A DNA stretch of 64,000 nt from a bacterium. GTDB taxonomy: Bacteria; UBA8248. Numbering within the stretch: the stretch's first letter is position 1; each line of letters begins with the position of its first letter. Under the pieces are notes generated by a model. It was given only the letters and a program-made list of their open reading frames with translations, searched no databases and was not told the DNA's origin. Shown here one piece after another: positions 59,149 to 64,000 of this stretch. The translations under genes and the position numbers were made by a program. The stretch covers positions 1,440,001 to 1,504,000 of the forward strand of contig OY843592.1 in NCBI GenBank assembly GCA_963692865.2, in the 5' to 3' direction.

Positions 59149-60662
59149 GGGGCTGTTGAAAAACCCCGTTTCGGAAGCGGGTGATATGGCGGTTCACGCG
59201 GCGGCGGAGAGCAAGCCGAATCGGCGTGAGACGGCGCGATGCGCGCGCAGACGGCGTCTCCGGGCGAACCAGACCCGCCACAGGGCGAATAAACGCGCCG
59301 CTACTGCGGCGGCGAGCCGCTTGAGGTTCACCGCAGTCGCCGTCAGGCAGGCCTGGATCCGCATGTTCGCAAGGCCCCGGCGCACCGCCCGCCCCAGTCC
59401 GTGCCAACTCTTCGCCTCGCCGTGGTAGCCCTCAGAACGCCCCATGTGCCGGCGCCACAGCCGGCGCTCCTCCTCCCCCCACCGCGCATGCCGCCGACGC
59501 GCGCGCAACAGCGACGGATATTCGTGCGGAATCAACACCGCCTTGCTCGTTTGAGACTTCGGCAGACAATCCGCCCGAAGCGCGCAACCCGCGCAATCGC
59601 GCGTCCTCGATACATACCACCGCCCCCGCTCCGTCGCCCCCCGGGGGGTCAGCTTCTTCCCCCCGGGACACTTCACGATGTCGTGGCGCTCGTCGTAGCG
59701 GAACCGGCGCAGCGGCACACGGCTCTGCGTGGGCTCCCCCTTCGCCGGTATCAGCCCATCCACCCCCCGACGCTCCAATAAACCGTATACCTTCGAGTAC
59801 GCATACCCCGAATCCGCCGTCACCATCACCGGCGCGCGTCCCGACAACTCGCTCACCGCTTCCACCTGCGATTCAATCACCTCCCGCTCGTTCACCGTCC
59901 CCTCCGTCACCGCCACGTCCAGAACAACGCCACGCGCATCGTCCACCACCGCGTGGTGCTTGTAGCTCGGCTCGAACCCCGCCCGAGCGCTCTTGCGCGC
60001 CAGACGCGCGTCGGGGTCCGTACGGCTCACCGGCCCCGAACCCCCGCCGCCCTTCTTCCCAGACTCATCCGCGGCGGGGTTCTCCCGTATCACCTCCTCC
60101 GCGTGCCGCTCCGCCAGACTCTCCCAACTCACGTCCGCCCGGATCAACGACGCGTCCACGTGAACCACTTCCCCCTTCGCCACCCCCGCATCCAGGCAAG
60201 CCTGAACCGTGCGGCGGAATATCTCCTTGAACCGCTCCTCACCCCAGCGCTGACGGATACGCGTCAGGCTCGAATGATGCGGCAAATCCTCGTGCAGCCC
60301 GCACCCGATGAACCACCGGACCGCCAGGTGCGCCTGCGCCTCGCGCAGCAGACGCCGGTCGTGCACGTAGCCCAGCAGCATGCCCGCCAGCATCAACCGC
60401 AGCGCCACTTCCGGGTCCACCCCCGGACGACCGTTGTCCAGGCAATAGCAATCCGCCACCTCCTCCCGAAGCCAACTCAAATCCAGCACGCGGTCCACGC
60501 GCATCAGGACGTGATCCTCGGGAACCAACCGTTCCAGAGAACCGGCCACGAACAAATCCATCTGCCCGCGCTTATTGCTTCCCATCATCCGGGGTACTCC
60601 CATCTCGGGCGAGTGGGCGTTCATCCATTCGATCATATTACCAGGGGTTTTTCAACAGCCCC
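59149..60662 (-). mobile_element. IS1182-family insertion sequence (1514 bp, perfect 19-bp IR, TTGAG duplication)
   Basis: GGGGCTGTTGAAAAACCCC at 59149-59167 and its inverse at 60644-60662; TTGAG at 59144-59148 and 60663-60667. Confidence 0.92.
59194..60588 (-). CDS. IS1182 family transposase
   Basis: LERLVPEDH, GRPGVDP, PHHSSLTRIR, VDASLI, SRTDPDA, ADSGY, CPGG..C..C..C, E..HGEAK..HGL, NLKRL; uninterrupted ORF. Confidence 0.93.
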   Translation of the reverse strand: MMGSNKRGQMDLFVAGSLERLVPEDHVLMRVDRVLDLSWLREEVADCYCLDNGRPGVDPEVALRLMLAGMLLGYVHDRRLLREAQAHLAVRWFIGCGLHEDLPHHSSLTRIRQRWGEERFKEIFRRTVQACLDAGVAKGEVVHVDASLIRADVSWESLAERHAEEVIRENPAADESGKKGGGGSGPVSRTDPDARLARKSARAGFEPSYKHHAVVDDARGVVLDVAVTEGTVNEREVIESQVEAVSELSGRAPVMVTADSGYAYSKVYGLLERRGVDGLIPAKGEPTQSRVPLRRFRYDERHDIVKCPGGKKLTPRGATERGRWYVSRTRDCAGCALRADCLPKSQTSKAVLIPHEYPSLLRARRRHARWGEEERRLWRRHMGRSEGYHGEAKSWHGLGRAVRRGLANMRIQACLTATAVNLKRLAAAVAARLFALWRVWFARRRRLRAHRAVSRRFGLLSAAA

Positions 60663-60902
60663 TTGAGGGTCGGGCTTCCCGAGGGGAAAGCCCGACGAAG
60701 AGGCCGAGCCCTTGGGCGAAGGCCGATTCTGTGGGGGGACATGCCACGGAAAAAGCTCCCCCCACCGGTTCGCTTGCGGGCTACGCCCTTACCTCACCGT
60801 CGGTCTTCCCCGAGGGAGACCGACCCTCAAGGGGGGAGTGGTTCTTTCATTCTCGTTGGTCGCGTTAAACCCTTGTTAATCGGGGCTTTTTTCAACAACA
60901 CC
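60663..60902. repeat. Right part of the IS-interrupted REP-C plus linker and solo IS end (inverted homologue of 16231-16310)
   Basis: TTGAGGGTCGGGCTTCCCGAGGGGAAAG...CCCTCAAGGGGGGAGTG; GGTCGCGTTAAACCCTTGTT..GGGGCTTTTTTCAACAACACC. Confidence 0.8.
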
Positions 60903-60963
60903 GTATGCTTCCCATACAGACCAAACCCGACCGAAGAGGGTTTTTCCAAGAAATCCCCAAGTC

Positions 60964-62004
60964 CTAATCCATCACGATGACGGCGCGGCCCGTTACGGCC
61001 GCTACTTCCAGGCGTTCGTGTATCTTTTCCACCTCTTCGACGTTGAAAGCGTAGGTTTCCGTCACCACGGGCCATACGTCGCCGCGCGCCACGAGGTGGA
61101 GTGATTCCTTGATCTCTTGTTTCGAACAGTATCGGCTGCCCAAAAGTTCGAGTTCTTTCGTCACCATGTTGCGCGCTGCGGCCTGGAACGGCTGCCCCGT
61201 GCCGCCGAGCGTAACGAGGCGTCCGCCGGTTCCCAGGGACTGAACGCCCGCTTCCATCGTGGAGGCGGAGGAGACGAAATCGACCACCACGTCCACGCCC
61301 ACCCCGTTCGTCAGGTCCATGAGCGCGCCCGCGACGTCTCCCTGTGATGCGTCGACGGCCTCGTCCGCGCCCACGTCGCGACACTTGCCGAGCTTGTTCG
61401 CCGCGGCGTCCACGGCGATGACCCTGGCGTGCGCCCACTTCGCCATCATCACCATGTGGATGCCCACGCCGCCGCCGGCGCCGATGACGGCCACGTTCTC
61501 GAGAGGCGCGATGCGCGCGCGCCTCGTCACCTTGTACGGGGTGGCTATGGCGTCGCAGATGACGGAGACTTCCGCCGCGTCCTTCTCGTAATCCAGCCCG
61601 GCGGGGAGTTTGATGAAGTTCCGCGCGGGCAGCTTGATGTATTCCGCATAGGCGCCCTGCACCTGACGGCCGACGTAGCCCGTGAAGTTCTCGCAAAGCG
61701 TCTCGCGGTTGATGAGGCACCACTTGCACCTTCCGCACGTGACGTAGAAATGGGCGGTCACCGCGTCGCCCTCCTGAAGCCCCTCCACGCCCTCGCCCAC
61801 GGCGGTGATGACGGCGGTGATCTCGTGCCCGATGATGAGGGGATAGTCCACTCCCGGCACGCGGCCCATGCGCGCGTGGTGGATGGTCAGCCCGGCGCCG
61901 CAGGCCAGCACCTTCGCGACCGCTTCCCCCGGCCCGGCTACGGGGTCCGGATATTCTTCCTCGGTAAAGGGTTTTCCCGGTTCTCTCAGCACCATCGCCT
62001 TCAA
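60964..62004 (-). CDS. Zn-binding alcohol dehydrogenase family (atypical catalytic site)
   Basis: GHE, CGRCKWC..C, IGAGGGVG; ACGAGLTIHH in place of CGVCHxD; TTG start with GAGGAGG RBS. Confidence 0.85.
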   Translation of the reverse strand: MKAMVLREPGKPFTEEEYPDPVAGPGEAVAKVLACGAGLTIHHARMGRVPGVDYPLIIGHEITAVITAVGEGVEGLQEGDAVTAHFYVTCGRCKWCLINRETLCENFTGYVGRQVQGAYAEYIKLPARNFIKLPAGLDYEKDAAEVSVICDAIATPYKVTRRARIAPLENVAVIGAGGGVGIHMVMMAKWAHARVIAVDAAANKLGKCRDVGADEAVDASQGDVAGALMDLTNGVGVDVVVDFVSSASTMEAGVQSLGTGGRLVTLGGTGQPFQAAARNMVTKELELLGSRYCSKQEIKESLHLVARGDVWPVVTETYAFNVEEVEKIHERLEVAAVTGRAVIVMD

Positions 62005-62133
62005 AGGGCGTCCTCCTCAGATAAATGGATGGGATTTCAGCCACGCGATTACACCACACGGGAGAGCGCCTAGGCAACGAGGAGCGGATGGCGTAACCTC
62101 ACGGGGCGGCGTCCAGAAAAAAGGCGAGAGAGG

Positions 62134-62517
62134 ATGAACGAACCCCCCGTAATTGAAGAAAGAGTGTTCAGCGCGCAGCGCGCGGCCAGGACGACGCTGC
62201 TCGTCGGCGCGTTGCTCGTCATCTTCACCGCGTCCGCCATGTACACGAACCAGCCGGGCAGGGTGGGCTACGGCTGGGCGACGCTGGGGGCGGGGGCGGC
62301 GTTGTGCGCCTTAGGTCTTGCGACCCTGCGGGGGTTCGCGTGGAGCTGCTATCTCTCCGTGCTGGTGCTGGGCGTTTTCGATTTCATCTGGATGGTGCGG
62401 GTGCTCGAGGGCTTCGACATCGGCCTCGCCATCTGGATAGCGATATGCTTTTTCTCCATCCGCGAGATTTGGCCGGGGATCGACGAGAAATTTCCCTGGG
62501 TGAAGCGCAATCCCTGA
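62134..62517 (+). CDS. Hypothetical 4-TM membrane protein
   Basis: Four hydrophobic segments; purine-rich RBS-like run before the ATG. Confidence 0.6.
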   Translation: MNEPPVIEERVFSAQRAARTTLLVGALLVIFTASAMYTNQPGRVGYGWATLGAGAALCALGLATLRGFAWSCYLSVLVLGVFDFIWMVRVLEGFDIGLAIWIAICFFSIREIWPGIDEKFPWVKRNP

Positions 62518-62555
62518 GGGGGCATCCGATTCACGCGGCCAGCAGCTATTCCGTA

Positions 62556-63662
62556 TTACAATCTCTCCATCACGTAGCGGACGCACTCGAAATGGCGCGG
62601 CGCAACGCCCGGCGCGAAATCAGGCGCGTTCAAGGCCCAAAGCGGCACCTTGCTCTCGTGCAGCGAGCCGTGGCTTCTCAGGCGCACCTCGCGCTCGGCT
62701 TGGTCCATCACGCCGAAGACGGTCTCGGAATCCGCCAGCACCATCACGTCGCCCACCCGCTCGGGCATCAGCTCGAAGCGCGCGGCGGCCTCCTGCCGCG
62801 TGAGCGCGTCCTCGATGCCGGGGTGTTCATTCAAGATGGCGACGGCGTCTGAGAGCGCATCCTCGTTTTCCAGATGAACGTAGGCCGCGCCGCCCTGGTT
62901 CCCGTGGTGGACGACGTAGCGGTCCTTGATGATGGGAACGGCATCCGCGGCCAGACCCTGGTTCCTCAGTATGACGCCCGGGTCCAGCGCCCGTGTCTTA
63001 TCCAGCATCCCGTGGTCGGCGGTTACGAAGACCGCCCCGTCTCGGTGCGCGCTCATCCAGCTATCGAGGAGCCGTCCAATTTCCGCATCGAGCGCGGCGT
63101 GGTGCGCTTGCGCTTCCGCGCTTTCGGGACCGTATTTGTGCTGCAGGTAGTCCGTGGTGGTGACGTAGAGGAGGTCCGGCTTTCCCTCTTCCAGCACCGC
63201 GCGCGCCGCGCGCAGGAGCCAGAGGTTCACTTCCCCGCTGTAAATATCCTCTTTCGCGCCCGCTTTCCGGGTGAGCCACCCGGGCGGGTCTTCCGCGGTG
63301 ACGACCGTCTCCGCCCCTTTGCCGATCATGTCGCAGAGTTTCTGTTTGGACGCCAGCACGGCGGTCTTCCGTCCCACTGCCCGGCCCGTCTCCATGAGGG
63401 TGGGCGCCAGGACGAAATCCCCCGATTCCATGTAAACCTCCTCGCCCGTCTCCGCGTTCAGGAAGTAGTTGGCCGTGATGCCGTGCGCGGCGGGGGGCGC
63501 GCCGCAGACCATCGAGACGTTGTTCACGTTGGTGACCGAGGGCATCTGGCACGATACGGTGAAGCGCGCGCCCTCGCTCTCGATTCTGTCGAGGTTCGGC
63601 GTGTGGGAAGCCTCGAAATAAGCGGGGTCGCCCCCGTCGATCAGTATGATGAGAGCTTTCAT
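62556..63662 (-). CDS. Alkaline-phosphatase superfamily, phosphonoacetate hydrolase (PhnA)-like
   Basis: IDG, MPSVTNVNN, HGITAN, TTDYLQHKY, TADHGM, LRSHGS. Confidence 0.75.
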   Translation of the reverse strand: MKALIILIDGGDPAYFEASHTPNLDRIESEGARFTVSCQMPSVTNVNNVSMVCGAPPAAHGITANYFLNAETGEEVYMESGDFVLAPTLMETGRAVGRKTAVLASKQKLCDMIGKGAETVVTAEDPPGWLTRKAGAKEDIYSGEVNLWLLRAARAVLEEGKPDLLYVTTTDYLQHKYGPESAEAQAHHAALDAEIGRLLDSWMSAHRDGAVFVTADHGMLDKTRALDPGVILRNQGLAADAVPIIKDRYVVHHGNQGGAAYVHLENEDALSDAVAILNEHPGIEDALTRQEAAARFELMPERVGDVMVLADSETVFGVMDQAEREVRLRSHGSLHESKVPLWALNAPDFAPGVAPRHFECVRYVMERL

Positions 63663-63683
63663 TCGAGGCTGGACGCCATGAAA

Positions 63684-64000
63684 TCAGTCCAGGCGCCTTA
63701 AAGCCTTGGCGCCGATGTCTTTTCGGAAATAGGCGTCTTCCCAGTAAATCAGGTCGCTCGCCTCGTAGGCGCGCGCGATGGCGGCGCGGATGTCCAGCCC
63801 GCGCGCGGTGACGCCCAGCACGCGGCCTCCGGCGGTCACGACGGCTCCTGCGTCGTTCACGCTCGTTCCCGCATGAAAGACGTGAACGCCGGGGAGGGCG
63901 TCGGCGTCCTCGATTCCGTGGATCGGGTCGCCCTTCCTGTAATCGTCCGGGTAGCCGCCCGCCGCCATGACGACGCAGACGGCGGCGTCTTGTGAATAGC
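63684..64000 (-). CDS. purD: Phosphoribosylamine-glycine ligase, C-terminal part (5' end outside window)
   Basis: AVCVVMAAGGYP, VFHAGT, TAGGRVLGVTA, RKDIG. Confidence 0.9.
   Translation of the reverse strand, partial: YSQDAAVCVVMAAGGYPDDYRKGDPIHGIEDADALPGVHVFHAGTSVNDAGAVVTAGGRVLGVTARGLDIRAAIARAYEASDLIYWEDAYFRKDIGAKALRRLD

Overview
High-GC bacterial chromosomal segment with no rRNA, tRNA or CRISPR array detected; the lineage cannot be determined from the sequence alone. Housekeeping and metabolic genes include cspA, a stand-alone divergent EF-G, pyrE, an NCS2 permease, amidase+GerMN, bioA, TPP riboswitch-thiSGE, acs, recN, nadK, dtd, glgA-glgC, a phnA-like gene and partial purD. Four things stand out. 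(1) Most large intergenic gaps are filled by nested repeat mosaics built from about 25 solo copies of the 19-bp end of an intact IS1182-family element (59149-60662) plus at least four palindromic REP-like families; filled and empty sites and target duplications can be compared inside the window. (2) An 11-gene stand-alone type II fatty-acid cluster (39.3-49.0 kb) has four ketosynthase-like genes (two lack the catalytic Cys), two FabZ-like dehydratases, an extended ACP with a non-canonical LSL motif, its own AcpS and an LpxL-type acyltransferase. (3) A UGSC selenoprotein is split by an in-frame TGA followed by a SECIS-like hairpin (6450-6995). (4) An accessory island (27.7-32.0 kb) holds an HsdR-N nuclease with a possible SeqA-like C-terminal domain, tandemly duplicated heptad-repeat membrane proteins, a DUF1640-like gene plus a remnant, a Cys-rich secreted protein and a decayed DUF2442/DUF4160 pair. 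All family assignments come from motif recognition by eye, not database searches.
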